A stretch of 46,690 nt of DNA, taken from positions 823,834 through 870,523 of the forward strand of contig WELB01000001.1 of NCBI GenBank assembly GCA_009602725.1, given 5' to 3'. Position numbers and translations under genes: made by a program. The DNA is from Spirogloea muscicola. Its lineage: Eukaryota. This document shows, one piece after another, positions 10,622-23,400 of this stretch. Positions within the stretch are counted from its first letter, which is position 1. The number at the start of each line of letters is the position of its first letter. The notes under the pieces are model-generated. The model searched no databases, had not been told where the DNA came from, and saw only the letters and a list, made by a program, of their open reading frames with translations.

Positions 10622-12495
10622 GCAGGCGGCGGCGGCGGCGGCGGCGGCGGCGCCCGCTGCCTAGGAGCCGGCGACGCGCCACGCCCGCCGCCGCCGGGGG
10701 CGGCCGAGGCGCCGCTGGTGCCCGTGGAGGACGAGCGAGTGTCGTGGGAGGGGGTTGCCAAGGTCGAGCGCGACGGCGGCCCCGGCGGCGGCGGCGGCGC
10801 CTCTGCGCCCTGGCTGTGAGCTGCTGCCCTTCGACCCTCCACTTATCTTTTTCACTCATTTACTTAAATGCGCATGGTCGTCTTCTTCGGCATTAGGAAC
10901 TACCGCATCCTCTAGCGAGAGTAATGGAGGCCGACCGGCAATGCCTGCGCTTTGCCATCTGCAATGGCAAGTCCTTCTACAGTGCCAAGTCGTAATTGCT
11001 GCAATGTGATCTCTTGTTTCATAAGGCGCATTGCCCTCTTAGCTGGTGGCGACTTGGCCGCCATCCTGGCATTTGCTGCCATTGGGAGGCTTTCGCATGG
11101 TGGCCTTGCCCTCGACTGGGAGCTCTTCCAAACTGCAGACCCCTTCATCGCTGGTGAGCTTGCACCTGGTCGAGGCATGGACTTCCATGTCCTGGTAACT
11201 TCTCTGAGAGTGTAACAGTCCGAAGGTGTTGACTGTTATTGGGTGTAACGCAAGTTTTGGCGAGTCCAGGATTTAGGCTTTACATAACAACGGGCCCAGT
11301 ACACGCATAGTGTACCCACTGTGCCTGTTATGCTCTGCACTCACTAGCGTCCCGCAAGCCATTGTTGCATGCTATAGAATGCGGCTATCATTGAGTCTAC
11401 AGTGCTCTTAGGCACTCGCGCTACACCAGCGTGCTGGTCGTGCATTAGCCCAGGCTAATGGCTTCCGTGGGGGTGGTTTGGCTCCTCAGTATAGCTTGTC
11501 AGATATGCATGTGCTCACTCGGGGATATTAGTGTCCCCCTTAGCCAGCTCATTACCCAGTCAATAGGACATTGTAAGGCTAGAATTGGCCTCCCATTCAA
11601 TTTCATGCGCACCGCGCGCCTTCTCTCTACACTCACACAAGTCTGGGGTCATAGACACTCAGCACACGGGGCCATGAGCTGCAGGCATGGCGTGGTGTGC
11701 TCTCTACAGGATGGGTGGCAGCAGCATACTTTGTTGGCGACTACAGGCCCGACATTGCTCCTCCGCCGAGCTCTGGCGGCAAAATCTTGAATGCATTTAA
11801 GACATGGGCCACAGGAGTGCCCGTGAGAACCCACATCCTTGAATTGTTGCAGACTATCCCATGCTTCGATATCGTGGGAGGCCTGTATCTCTTGTAGCTC
11901 CCAGAATCTTAGGTTTGCATGGCAGCAGTATGGACGTATACAAGAAAGATGGTGTTGCAATTGGCGCCTTGGCAAGCGCCTCTACCTTCCTGCTATAGGG
12001 ACCAGAGACAGCATCCGCTTGCAGCAAGCCTACTGCGTGCCTTGACCGCAGGACTTGAGCATTTTGCATGCATCCACTTGTGCAGCTGGGATTGGCGATT
12101 CGTGGGCTGAGGAAGGGCCAGGTTCCGCCTACACCCTTCATCCTGGTGACCATTGGTAGCACCCTCGTGCTCCTCGTCGGCTGGCGCGCAGCACTGGCGG
12201 CAGTTACTGGTGGGTCTGACAAGCAGCGGAAGGCCACTGACCGCAGCGGCAACTTCCTTGAGTTTTTCCAGGTGATGCAGTCAGACCCCAAACCCCCTGT
12301 GACTGAAACCTGGAAGGGTGCAAGAAGATTCTAGAGAGTAACAAGCTCATCAGAGACACTAAAAACCCTGGAAACCTTCCAAGTCAAGGCCAACGTAATG
12401 TCTGAGATGGCTTGTTTCATAGTATGAAACTGGTTACCTCATACAAGCCATTTGACAATGTGCAGCTCTTATCCTCGCTTGTGAGGAGGTGGTGA
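10622..12495 (+). CDS. DUF3054 family membrane protein (plant-type, likely plastid); start in N gap
   Basis: Exons ~10622-10815, 11027-11153, 11711-11822, 12086-12271, 12466-12495: RIALLAGGDLAAILAFAAIGRLSH...TADPFIAGW...TWATGVPLGLAIRG...PPTPFILVT...LLVGWR...GNFLEFFQLLSSLVRRW*. Confidence 0.88.
11345..11624 (+). mobile_element. 5'-truncated group-1 retroposon in a DUF3054 intron, with 12-bp TSD
   Basis: Colinear with 1-297. Flanked by CTCTGCACTCAC (11333-11344) and CTCTACACTCAC (11625-11636), one mismatch. Confidence 0.8.
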
Positions 12496-13247
12496 CACAC
12501 TCTACTTGAAGAGGCTTCAGAACGTGGTTGTCTGATGAGCTCTCAGCACTTGCTTGATTATACAGTTGGGCTAATCACCCGCCCATTATGCAACTTGATT
12601 TGACTTGCTGTCTGAGCAGAGCAGGGCTGACTGGAGTCTCTAACCATCACTTCTTCGCCACTGGACGGGACTCGACCACATAGCTTAGACTGGATGTGGA
12701 TGCTGGTCCAACTTTGACGAGAGATATTTTGGCATCATCACCTATTATGTCGGCTTCTGCAAAGAGTTAGAGAGCAATGGTAGAAGACGTAGTTAGTATT
12801 GCTTTCGCAGGTCGAAAGCGACGAAGCTCAGCAAAGCTGATCGGCAGCAGGCTGTTTGCCCTCAGGATGCTGGTATTTCTGGGGAAGCGGCCAATGGGAC
12901 CTAGACGTGCAAGGGCAGGACAGAGCTTTTAATATGAGATTATGCTGCCTTGTACCTAGTGTACCCCATTGTGCACTTGTAAGAGGGCCATGAGCTGGCA
13001 CTTATACCCTGCATCAAGAGTTTTTGTGATACGCCGCACGAATGCTTGAGGTAAGTCCACAAGTTTACAATACCTCGTCAAGTACTCCAGCAAATCACCT
13101 TGGCAACTTGCCAGCGAGAAGAGCACAGCGCCTTCAAGAGGGCAGATGACGGCTCACAGAGAGCGATCAGGGAAGGGGAGTGGACAGAAGGGCGTGATGT
13201 CAGAGAATCCAGAGATCCACTGGTGCTGCAGCTGGCAGGCTCAGTAA

Positions 13248-13345
13248 AAGAAAGAAGTGGCTCTCCCAATTGGGGCAAGGGCTCTGAAAAGCCAGCCCGA
13301 AAAAAAAAGAGAATTGACAAAGGTTCGAAGGGTAAAAGGTAACGC
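13248..13345 (-). mobile_element. Group-2 retroposon 3' end
   Basis: CTCCCAATTGGGGCAAGGGCTCTGAAAAGCCAGCCCGAAAA closely matches 40017-40060. Confidence 0.6.
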
Positions 13346-13894
13346 AGCCCACAATAGCAGGCTACTGATCTAAACCTCCGATGGGTCTTGAAGCTCAGGT
13401 CGCAAATCCTTGGTCGATGAGAGCCTGGCAACTTGGGCATCCGGAGTCTGGAACAAACAGCGCATCACGAATCAGGGGTCCAGACCTGGATTCAAAGCTA
13501 TCTTCCATCTGAATTGTTGTCGGGGTTGAAGAACCCGAAGTATGGAACTCCAGTACGGCGGCGTCGGTGTGCCCGAAGGGGGTCCTGAGCCAGGTGCTTG
13601 GTGTCAGGGATTCCAGGGTTCAGGTGCTTGTTTGGGAAAAACAGCTCGGTTGGGGTTCTGGTGGTGGCAGATCGTCTTCTGCTGGGGCCCTGACCTCCAA
13701 CGTGGCCCTTTGGGCGGCTTCCTGCACAACCTGGGGCCGGCCGGGAGCCGTCGCCACGCGGAGGAGGCAGCTGCCCAGGGCGTCTGTGCTGCGAGATTCC
13801 GCAGAAACAGGTGGTAGCCGAGCGAGGGGCTGAGAAAATTGGCAAAGTAAAGAACGAACGAAAGTTTTCGGCCTTCAGAGACGCCACGTCTGTT

Positions 13895-14230
<336 letters not shown>

Positions 14231-14263
14231 CTCACGTGGCTTGGTGTTGTGTGCTTTGCACTC

Positions 14264-15371
14264 TTAAGCTGGCCTTTGATATTTGGCATACACATATGAT
14301 CTGTTGAAGCAGTTGCTGGCGGTGATAACATGTGTGTAATTTGGTACAGTGCTGACGCTGGGCGCTGGGGCATACAATGGGCCAACCATGTAGTTATATG
14401 AGACATCTATCCAGATCAGCTTGGGATGCACATATGGTGCAAGTAATGTCCTGGGGAATCCTCCCTGGAAGTTGTTGTGAGAGACGTTGCTGTCACATGG
14501 AAAAGCGACTGATGCTCAGCCGTGGTCAAGCGATCAAAATTTTTGTGCTGCTCAGCAAGTTGCAAAGAGCAGTATGGTCGTGACTGCAGAAGGGCGTGTC
14601 TGTGACTCAGGGTCTTCTGTTGCTGTTGGAGGGAGTTAGCCAACTCACAACTTCTCCAGGTCCTTCAAGCCTGGACTTCCAAAGTGCATCCAAAGCGTCC
14701 CATAAAACCTGTTCCCTGCCAAATTTCTGCACAGCAGTGGCAGGCTTACTGAGATTGGCAGTGGTTACATGGAGATAGTATCGAAGAAAAGCATACTCCA
14801 TCAAGTCCTGCTTGTGACCTTGTTGCAACTCCATGATGGCTTTCCCAGACCTCGATGTCTCTTGCTACTTGTGAAGCAGAGGAGAATAGACAATCAGAAA
14901 GAGACGTCTTCTACTTACACATCAGGACCTGATGACAATGTCAGTTGGCACGTGCAATAAACACCGATGTTCAGCAAATCTGCTGTCTACTCTGCACGGC
15001 GGGCTTCAGCAGTGGAGCATACATGACTTGCAACTTCGAGCAGTATATGAGTTCTTCGGGGAAGAAATCGGCCGCAAATTTGTTGTGTGAAAGGTCGCTG
15101 TATGACCAGATTACATTTACATTTAACTTTACGTCAGCACTTGGGATGGCAAAGCATCAGCTCAGCCATGAGTTGCATGTAAAACCTGCACCACTCATAT
15201 AGTACTTAGCAAGCCAGATTGCACTTGCTACTTCAAGAAGATCAATATAGTGAAAGGAACAGGTACAAAGCTTACAAGTGTGTCAGATTGGTTGCATAGT
15301 AGCCTCCATCTTTTGAGAAGACAGCAAAGGGAGGGGGAATATAGCCAGTCAAGTTATTGTGCGCTACTTGG
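14264..15371 (-). CDS. Plant-type leucine-rich repeat protein (RLK/RLP-like ectodomain), 5'-truncated at a contig join, possibly a pseudogene
   Basis: Not in the ORF track. Exons 15371-15276 (QVAHNNLTGYIPPPF...NLTH), 15097-15023 (DLSHNKFAADFFPEELIYCSKLQV), 14726-14649 (NLAGNRFYGTL...LKDLEK), 14489-14264 (NVSHNNFQGGFPRTL...IDVSYNYMVG...NCF...QRPA*). All GT-AG, phase-2 introns at the same LRR position. Confidence 0.8.
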
Positions 15372-15489
15372 CTGCGACACAAGAGACGCACATCTCTCGT
15401 GAGGTGTGTTGACGGCCTCAACGACAAGTATCATTCTCTGTGACGCAAAAAGAAAGCGGCTGCTGATATGAAAGAATCGGCTGTGAAAN

Positions 15490-17150
15490 GGAGGGCCTGG
15501 CGGCGCTGCGGGACGTCGTGGAGTACGTCAAGGCCGAGAACGCGGCGCTGCGAGGCGGCATCCAGGAGATGGCGGAGAAGGGCCGCCTGGCTCTGGAGGA
15601 GGTCGACGCGCTGCACGGGCGCCTCGCTGCCGAGCGCGAGGCCGCCTCTGCTGCCACGGCCGCCGCCGTCGCCGCCCGCGCCGCTGCCGAGGGCCTGCGG
15701 CTGGAGCTGGCGGCTGCGCTGCACGAGCTGGCAACAGTGAAGGAGCACGGAACTGCAGCCGAGTCTGCAGCTGCGGCGGCTGAGGCAGCCCGGTGTGCGG
15801 TGGTCACAGCAGCCGAGGTGGCGGTGGCGGAAGGGGCTGCTGCGGCAGCGGCGCTGGCGGTGGCGCAGGGAGCTGCTGCTTCGCTCCAAGCGGAGCTCAG
15901 AGCGGCGCGCGAGGACGCAGAGGCGCTGCGTGAGGAGCGGGACGCGGTGGCTGCAGCGGCAGCCTCGGCCGGCGGACGTGCGGTGGCTCTGTCTGCGGAG
16001 CTGGCTGCGGCACGTGCAGCCGCCGCCGCGGCACGCGAGGAGGCCCAGGACCTGCGCGACGAGGTGGAGGAGCTGCGTGCGGAGGCGGCGGAGGCGGCCG
16101 ACCTGGTGACGCATGCGGTCGCCGAGAGCGAGGCCGGTGAGACGTCCGTCGCCGCCCTGAGGGCGGAGAACTCGTCCCTGCGAGAAGGTGCTTGGGCTGC
16201 CGCGCAGCGCGCAGCCGCAGCTGTCGATGGCCGCGAAGACGACGCTGCCGAGCTCGAAGCGCTGCGCGTGGAGGCTGCCGCACTGAGAGAGCGCCTGCGT
16301 GCCTCCGACGGGGCGGTTGCCGCTGCCGAGGGCCTGCGCGTCGAGCTCGAGAGCACGCGTGCCGAGGGGGCGGCGCTGCGCCGCGAGGTGGACGCGCTCG
16401 GCCGCCTCGGTGGCGGCGCGCTCGACGTCGCCTGGCTGCGCAAGGAGCTGCAGCACCTGTCCTCCGAGAACGGCGCTCTGCGCTCCGCACTGCGTGACCT
16501 CGCTCTGCGCCTCGCTGAGGAGGGCCCTGCGCGCCTTGAAGAGGCGGACGGACTCCGCGCAGCCGCAGCGGTTGCCGCTGCCCGCGCCACTGCTGCGGAC
16601 TCCCGTGCTGCTGCCGCCGAGGACCGTGCCCGGGCCTCCACCTGCAAGGCCGCAAAGGTCTGTGGAGCTGCCGCCCATTAACCTCCTTGCGCCGTTGCCG
16701 CCGAAAGTGACTGCCAGCCACCTGGCCCTCTCAATGTGCCGCCAACTTGCGTCCTGACTCTTGCTCTGGCCCTGGCTGCATGCTCAGCTGTATGTGAAGC
16801 TATCGGCGGCGCAGGCGCGCATCGCGCTGCTCAAAAGTGCGTCGCTCCACGCTGCCGAGCTCTCTGCTGCACGTCGGGAGCCGCCGGTGCTCAAGGCAGA
16901 GATTCATAGCGAAGCACCGGCTGTCAGCGCCGCTGCCGCCGTACCCGCCACAGGCCTTGTTGTGGCCTCCCCTGTGAAGCAGCTGCGAGAGCCTGCGCCA
17001 GCGGCGGTGGTGAAGGTGGGCGTGGAGGAACCAAGGCCTGAGGCGGGCGCCATGAAAGGGCCCACTGAAGTGGTTCTCGATAATAAACATTCCGTGTCAA
17101 ATGGCACTGTGGATGTCCTCACCACTGCGATGCAGGAGGTGGGGGCGTGA
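15490..17150 (+). CDS. Ala/Glu-rich coiled-coil protein of unknown function, 5'-partial
   Basis: Long high-GC3 open frame from the single N at 15489 to the donor at about 16658 (AAG|GTCT). Second exon from 16789 (LYVKLSAAQARIALLK...) to the stop at 17150. Confidence 0.7.
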
Positions 17151-17668
17151 TCGGTGCTCGCTGGGACGTTCGTCAGCTCCACGCCAATCAAGTAGGGACC
17201 CGGCGAGGGAGCTGCCCTCAACCAACGGCCAGCTCTGCTGGACAGGCTTGCAGGCGACCAGACGACCTTACCCCCGACTTTGACACCAAGTGTTACAAGT
17301 TTCTTTCGATGGCTCCACACTCGATTCGGTTACTGACACTCCTTCCTAGAAATTACTGATCTACACCCTTGACCAGTTCTTATGGACGTTTTTGCAATGT
17401 AAATATCTGGGTGTGACCTTGCCCTTTGCTCGGAGCCAGCCTGCCCGGCCTGCTACCTGCATTCTCGACTGCCAGCCATCTTTGGTCTGCTCCGATGTTT
17501 CCAGCCGTACTCCTCCACGTCAAGGAAGTGAAAAGGGCAGTTCGTCTATGAGGACAGGGCTGGGTGCAGCGACCACCATTGCCTCCACAACCTCCATGCA
17601 CACGGTGCGTTTAACCAGCAGCCAAGGGACAGGCAGAATGCATCACAAGAAGCGCCACTCCGAGAACA

Positions 17669-19363
17669 TCAGGACCATGGCAATGGGGTCCTAATTCTGG
17701 CAGCATTGGCACTGCGATCACAGTGTGCAAATAGAATGCCCAGCTCGGGACAGCCGCGAGGGTAGGGCAGCGTGCGTGCAAACGGGTTGCGCATCACGCG
17801 CTTGCCGTGCAGAGCTTCGGAGCAGCCGAAGGGATCATACGCAAAGGCCGCAACGGTACGGCGTTCTCCCACCTTGGCACTAAGCCGGTTGCTGGCAGTC
17901 ACCGGCGTGCCGATGAAGTGGAAACGTGCTGCTGGGAAGCCGAGCGCCTCACGGTGCAACTCCGCAAAGCGCGTCCGCTTGAAGTCGTAGCTCACGACCT
18001 ACCACACCAGTCCAGCTTCTGGAAGTCAGGGTGTAGGATTGTACAACATAGGTACTGAGCGAGCACCCAATTCTCAAGCGCCGGGCGGCAGCTGCTGATG
18101 TGGTGCTGCCGAGCACGATGGGCATGGCCGTAGTGGGCACAGCACACACCGTGATGTTGTTGGGGTAGGCGCCGGTAAGCTCATGGAAGCGGCAGATGCT
18201 AAAGAGCAGGTTCTCAAGGCTGTCGCGAGCAAACTCCTCTGTCAGCGCTCGTGCCGCCACCTCAGGCTGACCTGCTCCGCAGCAGCCACGACGCAAAGGC
18301 TGCAAACATCAACAGCAGAGGCCTGTTGTTGTGCCGCAGCTGCCATCCAAGACCACTGTGGCGAGGGGGGTGGGGGTGCAGGTGAGACGGCGGCGGGTGG
18401 CGCCGGCGCCTCACCAAACCAGTCGAGGGTGTCGGCGACCTTCCAGTAGCTCTGGGCCTCGGAGCGAGGGCCAGCCGCAGAGCGCGTCTGCCCGCCGCTG
18501 AACATCAGCAGCGCAGCACTGTCGCCGGCAGCAGCCTCCACGCCCGTGCGGATGTGCTCCACAAACGTCGCCGCCTGCCCGGCCAGCCGCTGCAAACCTC
18601 CAGCAGCCCCACATATGGGGGAGGGGGCTTCAGTGGACACACGAGTGCAATGGCGGCAGCATGCGTCAAGGACAGAGGCAATCTTGGCCACCAGGGCCGG
18701 TAGCTGATGGCAGCTCCAGCTAAGGACGGGGAGATTCATGACTGTCATGGCTAGGATCACTGTATGTTCCAGGATTGCCAGAAGAGCTACAACCAGCAAT
18801 TACATGCATGCAGGCACCTGGTAGGGCTCCAGGAACCACGAGTCCTCGCTCGAGGCGCTGCCGCAGCGCCGGCTGACGTACACGGCGTGGCCCGCCACCA
18901 TGACCAGGTTGCGCAGGTGGGCGTAGGGGTACGGGCTGCCGTCGCCCACCTCGGCAGTCGCCGCCACCGTCGTCAGCGGGAGCTCCCCGGCGCCTCCCAC
19001 TGGCCGCAGCTCTCGTGCGACGACGAGCCCCACGACCATAAGACCTGTGTCGCAACCCACAATTGTGTCAAACGCAAATCTATTGAAGCTGGTGGCGCCA
19101 GTAACGATCATACATGCGTTTATGGGCTCTGGCAGATGGAGTCAGCTGCGACGGCGGCGGCGGTGGCACTGACCGAGGAGCAGCCCGGCGAGCCACAGGA
19201 AGCGGCGGGGGAGGCGGCGCCCGCCGACTAGCATGGCCGCACGGCGCGCCGCGGCCCCCCGGCGCAGCCGACCTCCGCCGACGCCGCCGCCGCCAAAGCC
19301 AAAGCCGGCTTCGACGTCAAGCCCCTCCAGATCCTTGAGACGCGCCCCGCTGCCCCAGCTCAT
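17669..19363 (-). CDS. DUF218-like protein (yeast YOR238W / S. pombe C57A10.07-like)
   Basis: Spliced motifs [88 protein letters not shown]...KR..RNPF...YPRGCPEL. Confidence 0.88.
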
Positions 19364-19386
19364 GGGGCGGCCGCCTCCCAGCAAGT

Positions 19387-19417
<31 letters not shown>

Positions 19418-19624
19418 ACTGCCGCTGTTGGGCTGCTTGTCAAGCTACGACGTCGGGCTACTGTCACCGTCAACGGCAGCCTGCAAGTGCCGCACCAGAG
19501 TCAGGCACTGGGCAGGCACTGCGCCGCAGGTCCGTTAACTGGGTGAGCAGCAGTGTCGAACATGGCAGCAATACTGCTCGCATTGCTCGCCCGAATGAAA
19601 CAACCAGAAAGAAGCCTCCTTCGT

Positions 19625-19763
19625 ATAGCTTGTCAGATATGCATGTGCTCACTCGGGGATATTAGCGTCCCCCTTAGCCAGCTCATTACCCAGTTAACAG
19701 GACATTTGTAAGGCTAGAATTGGCCTCCCTTTCAATCTCATGCGCACCGCGCGCCTTCTCTCT
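19625..19763 (+). mobile_element. 5'-truncated group-1 retroposon with probable 6-bp TSD
   Basis: Near-identical to 11491-11624. Flanked by CTTCGT at 19619-19624 and 19764-19769. Confidence 0.75.
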
Positions 19764-20457
19764 CTTCGTGGACAGGACTGTCACCGGAATGAGTGGGTGG
19801 TGATGACGTAGCGAAGATGCTTGGCATACCAGAGTGGCCACTATGGATGACCACATCGTATCCCAAGTCAAGAGCTGCAAGTAGAATCAGCAGGAAACTT
19901 CGACCAGAGCACTGCCTTATGGCCCCATGTCGTTCAGTCAAGAGTCCACATTTGCGACATACATCCTGCTGAAAGAACCCTCAAGACCCATGAATCGTGG
20001 GCATGACAAGTAGAGCTTCTCCTACAGTAAAGGCCAGTCCTCTGTCTGGACATTAATGTCATTGCACTTTCTATCTACCGAGCTGCATGGTCAGGGGCGA
20101 TTGCCATATTGCGCCGCATGGGCCTGTGCAGAAGCAGGGTGTCAGATTCTGTCCGCACCAACACCTCAACCTCAGAGGCGCAACAGCCTCCCCAGATGCT
20201 CAAGCAAGCTCGGGCCTTGCGCTAGCAATTTAATCTACAAGGGCGCGCACGGCGCTACTCCAATGTTGCTCTTGCTACAGGGTCTTGCTAAAAAATTGGC
20301 CTCTGATGGGCATGCCTATGCCAAGAATGATAATAAGCCGCCGCATGCTAAAGCGACGCCAAGACCAAAGCACTTGCATCTAAAAAAGCCCAATGGCGAC
20401 AAAGGAGCGGCGTAGCACAATGAGCTTCGAGGAACCATTGAGTGGCCTTGCCTCTGG

Positions 20458-23400
20458 CTACAACCCAAGCAGGGTACACAAGACCCGGCCGAGGTCATCG
20501 CGGTTGATGGGCTTGGTAATGATCCCGTCCATGCCCAAGCTGTGGCACCGCGACCGTGTCTCCTTTTCCGTGTTTGCTGTGTATGCCACCACCAGCGGTC
20601 TCTGTCTGCCAGCAAATGCATGATAGATGCGCACAAAGACCTGCACAGAGACAATTTTTGGTAAGCTCATATTGCAACTCCGCATATACATCAAGGACTG
20701 GTGGAGAGACATGTAATGTGTAATCAGTCAGGAATATGAGTTGAGCCATAGAGCCTCCAATACTGATCCTAATGTCTGTAACACAATTGGAGAGGGCAAT
20801 ATCATGTGAAAGCGACATAATCATGCAAGAGCACTGAAAAGCTGAGCGCGAGCATAAACGGACCTCAAAGCCATCCAAGTCAGGCATGCAGAGGTCCAGG
20901 AGAATAAGCTTGAAGCCGTGGTTGGGGTCTTGGAGAAACGCCAGGCACTCCACCCCTGACTGTGCCAGTGTTACATCACAGCCCAGGGACTGCAGCGAGC
21001 GCTTTGCCACTATCAAGTTGGTCGCATTGTCGTCCACCACCAGCAGCCTCAGCCCATGGAGTCGATCTGGTCAAAAAGAATGAGCAGCAGCTTCTAGATC
21101 AGCTCAATGCTTAAGCTGGTACAGGAACAACAGCAAGCAAGTACTAGAAGGAGCGAGTAGCACTCTTGCAATCATGCAGCTATATGATGCTCATTATGCA
21201 GACAAGGCGGCATGATAACTTCAACTGCAACACCTACCTGCAAGAGAGCTCTCATCTTCCTGAACGGGGCGGATGGCCCGGCCACGATACTCCGTGGCGC
21301 TGTCCATCTTGCCCACACCCAGCTGCACGGCAAAGGTGACGGTGGTGCCCTTGCCCAAACCCTGGCTCTCCAGTACCACGTCCCCGCCGTGGAGCCGACA
21401 GAGGCCGCGGCATATTGAGAGGCCCAGACCTGGGGCACGAGAGCGTGTAAGGTGCAGACAAGGGTGACAACCGTGACTAAGTGCAGGTAGACGATGGCCT
21501 ATCCACCTTGCACAGCAGCCACCACTGCAAAGCGAGCTCATCTCTCATGCCAGACAAAATAACTGCGTAACCCATCAGTCTCACCGCAGCCGCCAAACTT
21601 GCGCTTGTATGTAGAATCAGCCTGTACAAACTTGTGGAACAACTTCGGTATAACACCAGGTTCCACTCCATGACCATTGTCCTTCACCTCCACTTTCAAG
21701 ATGAAGGTAGGGCCAGGCCACGCTACAGCCGGCTGGAAGACCAGCAGACAACCAATCAGGCGGGCAACACCACTTGCTGAGTCTTGTATCATAGTAGATG
21801 CAGTGAGCAGCCACCAGCACACTACTGAATCTATATAATCCTAAAGCCCAGAATTTCCTAGCCTTATACCCTAAGCTAGAGCAAGCCAAATGCAGTGCCT
21901 GAGACAGTGGTATTCACCTGCCGCTTCACTATGGGCTTCCTTGGCGATTCTAAGGGAGACGGCATTGGCGAAGCGTCTGGTGAAGCGTCAAAGCCTGGCC
22001 GGAAATTGTTTCCAGCAAACCAGCTCTCTGTGCTCGGGCTTGCTGGGTCATGGTTCTGCTTGTACGCAAGAAAAGGGCCAATGAAAATCATGACACAACA
22101 CCAAGGAAGGGGGTTCAGAATAGAAGCAGGCCAGGGCCTGTCAATCTACGTACCTAAGCGTGTGCTTTGAAAAGCAATCAAGAAACCAGTAATGCACCAG
22201 AGCACATGCTGCACAATAGCAATTGGAACAACAATTGGGCAAACCCACCCTTATGAGAAACCGCCCAGAACCGCCCTCAGAAGAAGACCCGCTGCCAACT
22301 TCCCAGGTGGGCCCGGCTCTTGACTCTCTACTCGCTTGAGCCTGTGAGCCAGGACCAGGCCCTGGCCCCAAATTCGAGGCTGTAACTGAGACTGTCCCCC
22401 GCCATCCTGAAGTAGCGTCCAGGTTTACATGTCAGCTGCACTGCCACAGCACCTTCTCTATGTATGCAGAACCAGACTCATATTGATAAATGCATGAACA
22501 AGTCACAAATTGCTCAGCGGCATACAGCATCTATACTGACATTCCATGTTGTTGTGCTTCATTGACTGCAAATGGAGCAAACAGAGCCACATATCGCACC
22601 ATCATGCCAACACACTACAACCCCCTCACCTGTGAACTTGCAGGCGTTATCAATGACATTTAAAAGAATTTGAAGTAATCTCTTGTGGTCTCCTAGAACA
22701 GCTACGGGAACTTCAGGCTCTATGTGCATTGTAAAATCTATCTCCTTGGCTGCAAAGTGGAAACGCAATCGTCTTGCCATCAGCACCAAAGCACAAAAGA
22801 TGCAAAGTTCATAATCACATCTGTTGCTCTTCAGTACTTCCAAGTGTATGGAGCATAGCCAGTGATCTTTTCACAAAAAGTTCTCCAGACTCAAGATTAT
22901 GCACACGTAGCTACGCAATCTCACCTTGAATGACAGAGTCAAGTGACTTCTGAGCTTCAAAAAAGAGGTCATGCAGGAAAAAAGCGCGAATGTTCAAACT
23001 AAGGTTGCCATCTTCCAAGAGTGAGTAGTCAAGAACATCGTCTATAAGCTTGTATAGTGATAAGGAGCTGCTCTTGATGTGCTTGACAAGAACCCTTTGT
23101 TCTGGTGGAAGTACAGCATCCTGCCAGCATGCAGAGCAGAGTTAAGTCAAGCATGGTAGACATGAATGGTAAATCAGGAAACTTGAAGACCGAACGACAT
23201 CTCCAAGCTAGCACAGCAACAGAAACTGCTGATACCAGCAATAGCAGCAGCCTATAGACATTGCTGCTTAGCCATGGATGAGGTATGCTGTGACCTACAT
23301 CAAGGAGGGAAAGGAGAGCAATGATAGCATGCATTGGCGTTCGCATCTCATGGTTCATCACCTGTTCACAAACAACAGCATGCTCAGAAGGTGGACCACA

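Noticed and set aside
12950..13150. Minus-strand peptide GDLLEYLTRYCKLVDLPQAFVRRITKTLDAG, faintly kinase-like
   Set aside because: No HRD, DFG or APE motifs found nearby and the frame is bounded by stops.
15418..16721. Long minus-strand ORFs (409, 415 and 274 aa)
   Set aside because: Antisense shadows of the GC-rich coiled-coil exon.
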